The notes: generated by a model not told the origin, from the letters alone. DNA of 64,000 bases from an uncultured Phycisphaerales bacterium (GCA_963844715.1 CAWJPJ010000006.1:1088001-1152000); one strand, 5' to 3'. Counted from the stretch's first letter, positions 41,235 through 52,927 are shown. Made by a program: numbers and translations.

Positions 41235-42629
41235 TTATTTCGCGGCCGCAGCCGGAGCCGGGGCAGGCGCCCCGCCCCCGCGCGGTTTCGCCGGCGCTTT
41301 CAGCGCCTTCTCCAACTGATCGATCCAGGTGTTCAACTCGCTCAGCATTTTTTGCGATTGCTCCAAGGTCTGAGGGGAATCCGACGATTGGCGCAAAAAT
41401 TGCACGATCCTCGGCCGAGTTTGCACCGCCAAATCAACTTCCAGATTCGCGCCCGGCACGTAGGCACCGATATTGTAGATATCCTCGATATCCTGATACG
41501 CCGCCGTCAGGGACAGCAAACGCCGCGCCCGGCGCGTCTGATCCTCGGGGACAACGTCCTTGCTCACGCGGCTGATGCTTTGCAAAACATCGATGGCGGG
41601 AAAGTGCCCGCGATTGGCCAGCGACCGGCTCAGCCAGATATGTCCGTCGCCGATCCCCTTGATCGCGTCCGGAATCGGCTCGTTGAAATCGTCCCCCTCG
41701 ACGAGCACCGTATAAAACCCCGTGATCGATCCGGTCTGCGTCTTTCCCGCACGTTCCAAAATCTCCGGGAGCAGCGCAAACACGCTGGGCGGATAACCCT
41801 TCGTGGCCGGCGGCTCCTTGGCCGACAATCCAATCTGCCGCTGCGCCTGGCAAAGGCGCGTCAGTGAATCCATCAGCAGCAGCACGTTCTTCCCCTGATC
41901 GCGGAAAAATTCCGCCACCGTACAGGCGGTCTTCGCCGCACGCACCCGCAGCAGCGGCGCGTCGTCGCTGGTGCTGACCACGACCACGCAGCGCTTCATC
42001 CCCTCCTCCCCCAAATTTCGTTGCAGAAATTCCTGCACTTCGCGGCCGCGCTCGCCGATCAGCGCGACCACCGACACTTCCCGCGCTGGTATGTTTGGCG
42101 ATCTGCGCCATCAGCGTGCTCTTCCCGACGCCGGGCCCGGAGAAAATCCCCATGCGCTGCCCCAGCCCGCACGTGTGAATCGCGTCGATGGCCCGCACGC
42201 TGGTCGCGATCGGCTCGTTGATATTCCGCCTCTGCAACGGCATGGCCGCGCGAGTCAATCCGCCGAAACTGCCCCATCGGAAGCGCCTGCTTCCCGTCGA
42301 TCGGCCTTCCAAATCCGTCCAGAACCCGCCCCAGCATGCCGCTCGGTGCAGTTAATCGTCGGCGCAGCCGTGATGTTTTCCACGCGATCCCCCCGGCTGA
42401 TCCCCGCCGTCGCTCCCAGCGACATCAGCAGAGTCCGGTCCTGCTGAAACCCGATCACTTCCGCGATCGTTTTGCGCCCCCCGAAACTTTCGATCCGGCA
42501 AAGCGACCCGACCGGCAGCGCCAAATCCGTCGCTTCGATCGTCAGCCCGCCAATCGCCTGAATCTGCCCGATCACACGGTAAGGCATCGCCCCCTCGGCG
42601 GCCTCAAGCTGCCCCGACAGATGCCTCAT
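41235..42629 (-). CDS. fliI: Flagellar export ATPase FliI (frameshifted near 42340, 42245, 42078)
   Basis: GQRMGIFSGPGVGKSTL; LIGERGREV; LMDSLTR; ERAG...GSITGFYTVLVEGDD; DGHIWLSR. Confidence 0.95.
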
Positions 42630-43329
42630 ACGTTCTCCACGACATTCTGCGGCATCAGTTCGGCGGCAATTCGATCAAGCTGCGTCTCCAGTTCCCCGTC
42701 CACTTGTCCATGCAATGTCTTGATCCGCACGCCCCCGGGCGAAATACCCGCCTCGCGCGCAACTCCACATGCTTCAATTGCGGCCAGGTCAGCCTCAAGC
42801 GCGGCAGTTCCGCCTCCAGCGTCTTCACCTGCGAGGGATGCAATTCGATCCTCACATCGGCCGCGTGCACCGCCAGCGACATCGCCTCCTTGAGATTCTC
42901 CGTCAGCACCGCCGGATCGATTATCCCCTGCCGCTTCGTCACCCGCTTGGCGATCGCGCACGCCAGAGCCGTCACCTCGATCAGTCCCTGCGTCAATAGC
43001 TCGTCGCGCCTGTGCTCCAGTTCCGTCGCGGCTTTGTTCATCGCCTCGATCAGTTGCTTCATCGTCGGGCCGTGCTCCGCCAGCGCGGCGGCATGGCCCG
43101 TCTTCTTCCCCTCGGCAAAACCTTCCAATTGCCCCTGCTTCCGCCCCTCCACGAGCCCCTGCATATGCGCCGCCCGGCGCATCGACAGCGACTCCCCTTG
43201 CGCGTCGACAATAATCGCCGACGCCTTCTCCTTCGCCCGCTGCAAAATCGCCGCCGCCTGCGCCTCGATGTCTTTCAACGAAAACACCGTGGTAGCGAGC
43301 GGAACATGGGAAGCTTTAACCAATGGCAT
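42626..43329 (-). CDS. fliH: Flagellar assembly protein FliH (frameshift near 42757)
   Basis: AxxxGxxxG repeats (AHMQGLVEGRKQGQLEGFAEGKKTG); IELHP; GISPGGVRIKTLHGQVDG. Confidence 0.88.
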
Positions 43330-43332
43330 AAT

Positions 43333-43418
43333 AGTTGCCAGCTGCCAGTTGCCAGTTGCCAGTTGCCAGTCGTCAGTTGCCGCTTTGAACCGGCAACTGG
43401 CAATTAACAACCGGCAAC
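43333..43418. repeat. (AGTTGCC)n heptamer tract with an inverted (GGCAACT) arm, filling the fliG-fliH spacer
   Basis: About 7 degenerate direct heptamers followed by about 4 inverted ones; the same heptamer occurs at 54579-54612. Confidence 0.85.
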
Positions 43419-43423
43419 GATTC

Positions 43424-44435
43424 CTAAACCACCATTTCCTTTTCGCCGCCGCGGCCGGCGATGATGATCTCGCCCGCATCTTCCAGCCGCCGCACCACGT
43501 CCACGATCTTCTGTTGCGCCGATTCCACGTCGCTGACGCGCACCGGCCCCATGTACTGCATGTCTTCCTGAATGAGTTGCGCCGCCCGCTCCGACATGTT
43601 CTTGAAAATCTTCTGCTTCAGTTCGTCGCTGGCGGTCTTCAGGGCCAGAGACAGCTCGTCGTTGTCCACTTCCTTGAGAACCGACTGAATGCCCTTGTCG
43701 TTGACCAGCAGGATGTCTTCGAACACGAACATGAGCCGCCGAATCTGCTCGACCAGGTCCGGATCCTCGGCCTCGAGGCCTTCCATGATCCCTTTTTCCG
43801 TCGAACGATCCGCCAGGTTCAGAATTTCCGCCACGGTGTCCACGCCGCCGGCTTTTTCGAACGTCTGGCTCACGATGTCCGACAAACGATGCTCCAGGCC
43901 TGCGCTCCACTTCATGAATCACTTCCGGATTGGTCTGCTCCATGTTGGCGATGCGCTTCACCACCTCGATCTGCTTCTGGCTGGCCAAACCCACGAGAAT
44001 TTCGCTCGCCTTTTGCGGCGGGAGATGCGCCAGGATCAGCGCGATCGTCTGCGGATGCTCGTCCTGAATGAATGTCAGCAGGTTTTCGCTCTCCGCCTTC
44101 TGCAAAAACGAAAACGGCGTGGTCTGCACCTGCTGCGTCACCTGCTTGATCACGCGCGAGGCGTCCGACTCGCTCAAAGACTTCCGCAATAGGGCCTTGG
44201 CATGCTCCAGGCCGCCCTCGCTCAGGTACGAATTCGCCAGGGCCAGGTTGTAGAACTCCCCGAAAACTTCCTTCCGGATATTCATCGAAATATCGCCGAG
44301 GCTGGCGATTTCGCGGCTGACTTCCTCCATCGACTCCGGAGACAGGCGCTTCAGAATCTCCGCCGCCTGGTCCTGCTCCATCGACAGCAGCAGGATCGCC
44401 GCCTTTTTCACTCCGTTTGCATCAGCACCTGGCAT
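43424..44435 (-). CDS. fliG: Flagellar motor switch protein FliG (frameshift near 43905)
   Basis: KKAAILLLSM; EHPQTIALILAHL; MFVFEDI; NMSERAA...GPVRVSDVESAQ. Confidence 0.96.
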
Positions 44436-44459
44436 GGTTCACCGTCGCCTTCCAAAACA

Positions 44460-46112
44460 TTATCGTTGGCTCATCCATCGCTTGACGAGATTCGCCGCTC
44501 CGTCGGGATTCGCTTTGACCAGTTCCTGTACCTGCTCGATCATCTGTTGAGCCTTGACCGACTCCTCATCCAATTCGATTCCATCGAGCGTGGCTCCTCC
44601 TTCACCAACCTCGCCGGCCACGCCGTCCCCCGCCACCAGTTTCCGAGACTCCGTCTCCTCGACCGCCTCTCCAACCCCCGTCGCCACCACGGGCGCGGGG
44701 GCGGTTTTCTTCACCATCGTCGAAACCATGAACATGCTCACCAAAGCCAGGGCCCCAACGCCGATCTCTTTCACGTGCCCAGTTAGCATCATCGACATCG
44801 GCGAGCCGGCGCTTGCGGACGCCGTCATCGGCGGCGGCGGCGCGTCGTTGTAAGCCAGGACAACGACCGCGTCATCGGTGGTTAAATTCGTGCACGCCTT
44901 GACGCTTTGCCGAATTCCCGCGATCTGCTCGTCCTCATAAGCGGAAAGCGCCGCATCATCCGGATCCTTGCCCCCGTTGTTATTCTTGTAGGAGTCCACA
45001 AAATAGCTCCGCGGCACCCGCACCGACGCCGCCACCACCGTCGCCTCGCCCGGCGACTGCTTGATGAACGTATCCTCATGCGAATTGTCGGTCTGGAATT
45101 CGCTCTTGGAATCCGTGCTGCTGCTGGTGTTGGCGCCCCCGGGTGCGCTGCTGACCGACCCCCCGATGTTGGCCACCGCGCCCGCTTCCTGCGCGCTGCT
45201 GGCGTCCGCCGAGGTCGTCTGGTCGTCTTGCTCCTCCGTTTTGCTCGGGATCGACACCACGCTCTTCGGGTCGATCTTGTGGCTGCGCGTCTCGGTATAC
45301 GCGGTATTCAGCTTCACCGTCACCGCGACCAGGAGCCCGTTCACGTCGCCAAATAGATCGCGAATCTTGCTGCGATAAAAATCCTCGTTCTGCCGCATCG
45401 CGTCGACCATGGTGTCGTCGTTGCCCATCGAGTCGTCGCCGGGATCGGGCACGTAGCACGGCATCCCGTCCACCACGATGTTGATCCGGCTTCGCACCAG
45501 CCCCGCCTCCGCGCCGCTGACGACGCTGGCCGCCGCTTCGGCAAGCTGCTTCGATCCGCTGCGCGTCGAGCGATTGGTGGTGATCTCCACCATCGCCGAC
45601 GGCTGGACCGCGTTTCCGTCAAAGCTGCGCTCGTTGGTCGGATCGATCACCACCACCGCGTTCGACACGCCGGGGAACTGCGCGATCACCATCGAAAGCG
45701 TCCGCTGCTTCGCCTCCAGGTACATCCGGTCGGATTTTTCCGGGCTATCCAGCCAGTTGATGTTCTTGATGATGTCGTCGAAGCCTGTCGTGAAATTCCG
45801 CGGCAAGACCTGCGAATAACCTAGCTCCGCCAGCACTTCCAGCTTCTGATCCGCCGGCACCAGCACCTTGTCCCCGACGACCTTGTGCGCGATTCCCTTC
45901 CCGTCGAGGTTCGCCACGATCGTCGTGATGTCGTCCTGGCTCAGCGACTGATTCAGCACCGGCTCCATGTCCGGCTCGGCGGCCCAGTACGACCACCAGA
46001 CGATCGTCATCACCATGATCGCGACCAGACACATCGACAGCATCTTCTGGCTCGCGGACAGGGCGCCGATTTGTTCTTGGATGCGCGCGAATTGCGCTTT
46101 GAGGAATTCCAT
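44460..46112 (-). CDS. fliF: MS-ring protein FliF
   Basis: Two TM segments flanking a periplasmic region; PSAMVEI; C-terminal NPDGAANLVKRWM; located between fliE and fliG. Confidence 0.88.
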   Translation of the reverse strand: MEFLKAQFARIQEQIGALSASQKMLSMCLVAIMVMTIVWWSYWAAEPDMEPVLNQSLSQDDITTIVANLDGKGIAHKVVGDKVLVPADQKLEVLAELGYSQVLPRNFTTGFDDIIKNINWLDSPEKSDRMYLEAKQRTLSMVIAQFPGVSNAVVVIDPTNERSFDGNAVQPSAMVEITTNRSTRSGSKQLAEAAASVVSGAEAGLVRSRINIVVDGMPCYVPDPGDDSMGNDDTMVDAMRQNEDFYRSKIRDLFGDVNGLLVAVTVKLNTAYTETRSHKIDPKSVVSIPSKTEEQDDQTTSADASSAQEAGAVANIGGSVSSAPGGANTSSSTDSKSEFQTDNSHEDTFIKQSPGEATVVAASVRVPRSYFVDSYKNNNGGKDPDDAALSAYEDEQIAGIRQSVKACTNLTTDDAVVVLAYNDAPPPPMTASASAGSPMSMMLTGHVKEIGVGALALVSMFMVSTMVKKTAPAPVVATGVGEAVEETESRKLVAGDGVAGEVGEGGATLDGIELDEESVKAQQMIEQVQELVKANPDGAANLVKRWMSQR

Positions 46113-46236
46113 CGCTCAGCCCTCCCTGGCCGAGGAGAAATCTTTCTCGGACATGACAATTGTCGATCCGTCCCGGCCTTCCTTGCCGGGAAACTTAATC
46201 ACATCTTAAAAACGCGCCGAGAGATTGCAATCGTTT

Positions 46237-46553
46237 TTAAACCGAAATTCCTTTGATTTCGTCGTACGCGTCCATCAGTTTGGTCCGGATCGCCAAAAGC
46301 GTTTTGAAGGCCAGGTCGGCTTTCTCGACCGCCGTCATCACCCCCGTCACGTTCTGCGTCTGCCCCGTGGCCACGTCGTCCACGGCCTGGGTCGCGTCCT
46401 GCTGTAGCTTGGAGACTTCGTCGATGCTCTTCTGCAAGACGTCGGAAAAACTGGTCTCCCCGGCGCCCCGGCCGGCGCCGCCGGCGCGCCCGTACCGGCG
46501 GAAGTTGCGCTACGGATACCCGATGCGAGATTGGCGGCGGCTGGGTCAATCAC
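46237..46553 (-). CDS. fliE: Hook-basal body protein FliE (frameshift near 46455)
   Basis: VMTAVEKADLAFKTLLAIRTKLMDAYDEI. Confidence 0.93.
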
Positions 46554-46566
46554 TTTTCAATCCCAC

Positions 46567-46971
46567 TTAGGCCAGCAAACGCAGGCTCGAATTGAACATC
46601 GCCTTGGCGGTATCCATCATGGTGATGTTCGCCTCATATGCCCGCGATGCCTCGAGCGCGTTCACGTACTCGATCGACAAATCGATGTTCGGATAAAGGA
46701 CGTACCCGTCCTTGTCAGCGTCGGGATTTCCCGGCTCATATCGCCGGGCCAGCGGCGATTGATCGATCCCCACCGTCTGCACATGCACGCCCGGCTTCGA
46801 CGGATCATCGGCCTGACCCGGCGCCAAAACCACGAACCGACGCCGATACGGATTGAGCTTGCCCGCCGGATCGCGCGTCGTATTGATATTGGCTATATTT
46901 CCGGCGATCGTGTCCAGCCGTGCGCGCTGCGCCATCAAACCGCTGGCGCCTGTATCCAGAACATCAAACAT
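46567..46971 (-). CDS. flgC: Proximal rod protein FlgC
   Basis: ASGLMAQRARLDTIAGNIAN; PYRRR; PDADKDGYVLYPN; ASRAYEAN. Confidence 0.97.
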   Translation of the reverse strand: MFDVLDTGASGLMAQRARLDTIAGNIANINTTRDPAGKLNPYRRRFVVLAPGQADDPSKPGVHVQTVGIDQSPLARRYEPGNPDADKDGYVLYPNIDLSIEYVNALEASRAYEANITMMDTAKAMFNSSLRLLA

Positions 46972-47017
46972 AAGCCTGACTCCTCAGGGTAAACCGCCTC
47001 TGCCAAACCGGCAGCGA

Positions 47018-47416
47018 TTAGCTCACTCTCTCACGCAGCGCCATCTCCATGACGCTGTACTGCTGCCGCAGCAACTCCACTGCAAGCTGATGCATCAGGG
47101 CATTTTTCGCCTGATCCGTCATCAATTGTTCCATCGACCGGTTATTCCCGTCATGAAAAAGCAGGGACCGAGGCTGCTGAACGTCCATCGAAATATCGTC
47201 AAAGCTCACCGTTCCCGGCGCACTGCTGTCCCGCTCCTGCAGCCGGTCCTTCAGCACGCTTTGAAACCGCGCCAGCGACAAATCCTTTTGTCGATACCCC
47301 GGCGTCGAGGCGTTCGCCACATTATCTGCAAGCAATCGCTCGCGCGCTTCGGTGAATTGCAGCCACTGTTCCAGCAGCGGCGAACTGTCTTGATTGAGCA
47401 TCCGGTCTAGAAACAT
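47018..47416 (-). CDS. flgB: Proximal rod protein FlgB
   Basis: LADNVANASTPGYRQKDL; DGNNRSME. Confidence 0.93.
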   Translation of the reverse strand: MFLDRMLNQDSSPLLEQWLQFTEARERLLADNVANASTPGYRQKDLSLARFQSVLKDRLQERDSSAPGTVSFDDISMDVQQPRSLLFHDGNNRSMEQLMTDQAKNALMHQLAVELLRQQYSVMEMALRERVS

Positions 47417-47430
47417 TCAGGCCTCCGATA

Positions 47431-47446
47431 TCAAACCGCGTGCCAA
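47431..47446 (-). promoter_or_regulatory. Candidate sigma-54 promoter upstream of flgB
   Basis: Minus strand TTGGCACGCGGTTTGA (TGGCAC-N5-TTGA); the adjacent gene encodes a sigma-54 activator. Confidence 0.55.
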
Positions 47447-47532
47447 TAAAACTCCCCTCTCCAGATAGTCTCAAAGAGGTTCCGGATGACGGCCGAGCGC
47501 AATACTCGCCGCACCCGCGCAAGACCTGCGCT

Positions 47533-48912
47533 TCAGGTTCCCGTCGCCACCGGCTCGACCAATTCGCCTTCATCGCGCCAGCGTTTGAGCTTCATGCCCA
47601 GCGTTCGCACGCCGATTCCCAGCGCCGTCGCCGTCCGAACACGATGTCCCTTGAACTGCTGAAGCGTGCTTAGGATCACTTGCTTCTCGATATCCGCCAG
47701 CGGACGCCCCGCCAATCCTTCGGCGATCGGCGCCGCCGCCGTGTGCTTCAGCCACGGCTCGATCGTTCCCGCCGTGATCACGCCCGGCTGCGTCTCCAGC
47801 ACCACCGCCCGCTCGAGAATATTCTGCAATTCGCGCACGTTCCCTGGCCAATCGTATTTCTGCAGCAGCCGCAGCGCCTCCGGCTCGATATGCCGGAACG
47901 CCGCCTTCTCGCGCTGGCTCGCCTGATGCAGAAAATGCCGGCACAGCTCCGGCATATCCTCCATGCCGGTTCCGCAGCGGCGGAATTTCAATCGGCACCA
48001 CGTTCAAGCCGATAAAACAGATCGCGCCGAAAATCCCCCTCTTCGACGCATCGCTCCAGATTCCGATTCGTCGTCGCGATCACCCGCACGTCCACCTGCT
48101 GCGTCAGGCTGCTTCCCACTCGCTCAAAACAGTTCTCCTGCAATACGCGCAGCAGCTTCGCCTGTAGCGCCGGCGCGATTTCGCTGATTTCATCCAGCAG
48201 CAGCGTCCCGCCATCGGCCAATTCAAATCGCCCGCGACGAAGCTTGATCGGCCCCGGTAAACGCCCCCTTTTCATGCCCGAACAATTCCGATTCCAGCAG
48301 ATTTTCGGAAAGCGCCGCGCAATTCACCGCCAGCATCGGCCTCTCCCGCCGCGCCGACGTCACATGAATCTGCCGCGCAACCACTTCCTTGCCCGTGCCG
48401 CTTTCACCGCGGATCAGCACCGTCGCGTTGCTGCGCGACACCATTTCGATCTTCTGCCTCACCTGCTCCATCGCCGCGCTCGTTCCGATCAGCGGCCGCG
48501 GCGATCCGATCTCCGTCATGCTGCGAAACGCCTGGTTTTCCAGCTTCAGCCGGCTATGCTCCAGCGTCCGATCCACCAGCAGCTTGATCTCCTCCCCGTC
48601 AAACGGCTTTTGAATGTAGTCATACGCCCCCAGCTTCATCGCCTCGACGGCCGTGCTCACCGTCGCGAACGCCGTCATCAACACCACCGGCATCTCGGGC
48701 CGCACGCCTCTTCGCCTCGGCGAGCAATTCCAGCCCGGTCATCTTCGGCATCTTCAAATCGGTGATGAGCAGATCGAATCGCGCCGACGCCAGCCGCGCC
48801 ACCGCGGCCGGCCCGTCGTTGGCGGCGATCACTTCGTGCCCCTCGCGCCAGCGTCGCCGGCAAGCGAGTCTCGCATCATGTCCTGATCATCGACGATCAA
48901 TATTCGAGCCAT
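47533..48912 (-). CDS. Sigma-54-dependent response regulator (NtrC family; FlrC/FleR/FlgR-like), frameshifted
   Basis: [10 protein letters not shown]...[11 protein letters not shown] receiver; [41 protein letters not shown]-terminal HTH. Confidence 0.92.
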
Positions 48913-48925
48913 GGGTTCTCCGAGT

Positions 48926-49790
48926 TTAAATCCTGATTTCGAACACGGCCCCGCCTTCGGGATGATTACCCGCGGTAATCGCCCCATCGTGCGCCTCCAC
49001 GATGCGGTGCACGATCGCCAAACCCAGCCCCGTCCCCGTCTCCTTGGTGCTGAAAAATGGATGGAAAATCCTTTCCAGCGCCGAAGCCGATATTCCCGGC
49101 CCGCTGTCGCGGATTCTCAGCAGCCAGTGCCCGCCGTCGATTTCGCCCCACTCGATCCGCACTTCTCCGCCGCCCGCCGAGCGCTTCCACCGCGTTAATG
49201 AGCAAATTCAAAACCGCCTGCCCCATCATCAGCGGATCGACGCGCACCACCATCGGCCGCGGCCCCTCGGCCAGGCACTCGGTCCCGCGCGGCCCGATGC
49301 GCTCCCCCGCCAGCTCAATCGCCTGCTCGATGATCTGCGCCAAATCACTTTCGACGGGATGCGCCTGCATTTCCCGCGTGAATTGCAATACCTGCCCCAC
49401 CAGCGATTCCAGCCTCTTCACGCCCGCCGTGATCTTTTGCGCCAATTCCAGCGCTTCGGGCATGTCCTGCAAATCGTCGGCCAGCATCGACGCGTACAAC
49501 TGAATCCCCCCCAGCGGATTGCGGATTTCGTGCGCCATCCCCGCCGCCATTTCCCCCAAGGCGGCCATTCTTTCCCGCCGGGACAGCTCGCGATTTTTCG
49601 CCGACAGTTCCTCGCGGAGCGTCTGCACGGTCTGCTCGAGCTGCACGTGCGATTTCTGGAGCTTGTCCGTGACGTCGCTGTAAGCCAGGATGATCCGCCC
49701 GAGATCCTCGATACGCTTGGCGTGCGCGGCCGACGGAGCTTGCGTGTCGTGATGTCCGGCGGGCGAGGGTTTTTCGGCAACGGTTTCCAT
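48926..49790 (-). CDS. Cytoplasmic histidine kinase (FlrB/FleS/FlgS-like), frameshift near 49175
   Basis: N-terminal coiled coil; GMAHEIRNPL; NLLINAVEA; DSGPGI; FFSTKETGTGLGL; no TM segment. Confidence 0.92.
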
Positions 49791-49800
49791 CGGTCTCGCT

Positions 49801-50246
49801 TTAGCTTTGCAAATCCAGGGCCGCCGGGCGATTCCCATATGCCGCCGCGGCGTACGCGCGCATTCACGCGCCGCGCCGTCGTGGCATTTTCGATCTGCCG
49901 GCCCAGATTCAGTTTCCTTTGCTGCAAAACCATCGTGTCGTTGCGATCCGCGGTCGTGATGTCGGCCAGCAACTGCCTGGCCTGCCCCATCATCGCTTCC
50001 GCTCTCGTCCGCTGCGCCGCCGGAAGCTTGGAGAGATACTGCCCCCACGCCTTTTTCGCCGGCGCGATGCACTGTTCCAGGTCGGCCGCCTGGTCGAGCA
50101 ATTCCTGCCGCTTGCGTCAGAACCATCAGCAATTCTTCCGTGCGATTGTTCTTCACGTGCTCGTGCTGCACCGCCGCCAGCTTGGACAGGCGCCGGTAGC
50201 ACTCCACCTGCCGCGTCAGCGCCTCAAGGATCGGATCATCTGCCAT
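49801..50246 (-). CDS. FlgN-like helical chaperone (frameshifts near 50112 and 49858)
   Basis: MADDPILEALTRQVECYRRLSKLA...EELL + DQAADLEQ...ITTADRNDTMVLQQRK...AYAAAAY; FlgN-like size and pattern in a flagellar context. Confidence 0.6.
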
Positions 50247-50274
50247 GTTTAAAACTCGACTTTCTTTCTGCAAA

Positions 50275-52684
50275 TCACCACATTCCCGCATTGCTCGTCC
50301 ATTGAAGCCACTGATCCCAATACTTCTTCGGCATCGAAAAGCTGTCGTCCTGAAACGCCTCGGACGGCATGTGCTGGAGCATCCACTTGGCCCGGTTGTT
50401 TGCTGCCTTGGCCTCCTCCGGCTTCCCCAGGGCGATGTAGGCGTTGACGATCTGCACATACGCCGCGACCGACGACGGATCGTTCTGATAGCTGAACGCC
50501 GCCGAATCGTAGAGTTTGATCGCCTCTTCGTAATTCCCCAGGTCGTACATGCAATCGGCGCGATAAAAGTACGCCAGCTTCAGATCGAGCTTGTCGAGAT
50601 CGGTCTGTGTCCCCGTCGCTCGGTAAAGATCGATCGCCTGGTCGTAGAGCGCCCGTGCCTTGGCGAGCCGATCGCGCTTCGCCGCCACGACTTCCGCCAC
50701 ATCGATGGCGCCGCCCGGCGTTTCGCTCGCCGCGGCGGTCACCGCCGCGCCCGGCGTCGCGCTCGCGCCCGCCGATTGCGCCGATGCCAGCTTGATATCC
50801 AAAAGTCCCGCGCTCTTTCGATAGCTGTCCGCCATCAGGAAGACCATCTGCGGCTTCTGTTCGTCCTGCGGATATCGATCCGTCAATTCCTGAGCCCGGG
50901 CGACGGCCTCCTCGTACCGCCCGGTCCGGTAGTAAAGCAACGCCAGATCGTGCAGGGATTCCTTGAATTCCTCGGCCGACGGGTCGATGCGCGGATTATT
51001 CTCGACCACGCTCAGCAGAGTCTTTTCGGCTTTGCCGTAAAAGTTCGGGCCCTTGGCGATATACGCCTGCGCCAGCGGCACCGACGATTTATCCGCCGCC
51101 AGGCTGTTGGGGTAAAAGAGGGCATTACGCTGATAAGCGTCGATCGCCTTGTCGAACAGCCCCGCCGCCTGGCACGCCTGGCCCAGCGCGCAGCAGCGCA
51201 TCGGGCGCCAGCCGATCCTCCGGCCTTTCCGCGACGAACAAATCCAGCGTTGAGATCACCGCCGGCAGATTGCCGGCCCGGTCGTACAGATCCACTCCGT
51301 GCCACAGCGCCTCGGCGTATCCAGCATCGTCCTGAATCGTCAGCTGGCGCGAATAAATGAGGTACGCGTCTCCCGACTTGTTCCGAAGATCGCGAACCTG
51401 CTGGGTCCGGCGGATTTGATCGGCCGGGTTCGCGTCGGGAATCGTCGCCTCGACCTGATCCGCGCGCTTCTCGTAAACCCTGCCCAGCCGGGCATAAAAT
51501 CCCGCGTGCGGGTTCGGATCGAGCGTCTGCTCCAGCGCCAGGATTTCTATCGCCGATTGGTAATCCTCCCGATCGACGATCAGGTCCTCCGCCTGATGCA
51601 ATCCATCCAGCGCCTCTGCCTTCACGCGCGGCTCCGTCTCGTGTCTTTGCATCTCGACCGTCAGCTCGTGCAAATCCTCCATGCCCGCGTCGGTATCGTT
51701 ATTCGACAGGCGGCAGATTCCCCTCCCCAATTTCGCCAGCGGCGCCATCGACGATTCCGGGTGGCTCTCCAGCACCGAATTGTAAAAGGAGAGCGCGGTC
51801 GCGGCGTCCCCCCGATCCTGATAGATGCGGCCCAGATAGTACGCCGCATCCGCATCCAGCGGATGACGCACGCGCAGCTCGTCGCGCGCCAGGCGCAAAT
51901 ACCTCTCGGCGTCGTTGGGCTCACCCTCTCGATACGCGCAATACCCCAGCTGAAAATTGAAGACCCCCTGATTCTCCGGGTCGGAATCCAGCCGCAGCGC
52001 GTCATTCAAAAGTTTGCGCGCCTCGGCGAATTTTCGTTGATCGATCAAAATCCCCGCCCGCTGACCCAGGGCCCAGGCCCGCTCCGCGTCCGACAGTTCC
52101 GGGCGGCGCAGATATTCGTCCAATGTCACGTCGGCATTGGCCAGGTCGTTTTCGCTGATCTGTAATTCGATCAGCTTGCGGTAGAGGCTCAGGGCATGGT
52201 CGCTGTCCATCGCGATCGCTTGGCGGTAATGCTCGATCGCCTCATCGTTGCGCCCCAGGGCGGCGTCGCTGTCGGCCAGACGCCGATGCACGTTCGCGTC
52301 GGGAACCGCCCCCAAATCCATCGCCAATTCCGTCTGCTCGATGATGCGCTCGTGATTGGCGGGAATGCTGATCTTTTCCTGGTTTTGCAAATCCTCCAGA
52401 GACTCTGCGAGCATCAGGTGTATTTGCGCTTCCTTATCCTTGGGCGGTTTTTCCGATTCCAGAATGCGGACAAGCTGCTGCCACGCCGCGTCGGGGCGCT
52501 GCAAATCCAGATAGTGCCGTGCCACCGCGATCTTTTGATCGATGGATGCACCGGGGCCCGGATTGATGAACAGATACCCCGCAAAAATAAACAGGGCGAT
52601 GGAAACGATCAGAAGGGGAAGTTGCCAGAGTTGGGAAAGACGACCGACGGTCTCGCGAAAGGAAGGCGCGCGCGATTGAGCCAT
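50275..52684 (-). CDS. ~800-aa membrane-anchored TPR protein (frameshift near 51190)
   Basis: Single N-terminal TM (LWQLPLLIVSIALFIFAGYLFI) followed by many TPR-like helices (FQLGYCAY, YYLGRIY, FYRADCMYDLGNYEEAI). Confidence 0.85.
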
Positions 52685-52800
52685 GGCATCCCTGCCTTTT
52701 TACACAACCGGTCCTCGGTCATCCTGACCGACGGTTCGCGAGTATATCCGGTGCATCGGCAAAAACAACAGCCATTAGTCCCTATCCGAGGCAAAAAATG

Positions 52801-52917
52801 CAACCGCGGAGACACAGAGACGCGGAGACAGACGCGGAGAAAACAAAATGCAATTCTTTCAAAAGAAGCATTTCAATTCTCTGCGTCTGTCTCCGCGTCT
52901 CTGTGTCTCCGCGGTTG
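52801..52917. repeat. Long inverted repeat (41-bp arms, 1 mismatch) built from CGCGGAGA/CACAGAGA units
   Basis: CAACCGCGGAGACACAGAGACGCGGAGACAGACGCGGAGAA versus TTCTCTGCGTCTGTCTCCGCGTCTCTGTGTCTCCGCGGTTG. Confidence 0.9.
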
Positions 52918-52927
52918 AATTTAGGAC

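Noticed and set aside
48966..50459. A single 497-aa kinase with a long N-terminal domain
   Set aside because: The ORF is a chimera created by indels that fuse the FlgN-like gene start to the kinase; the kinase has its own start at 49790.
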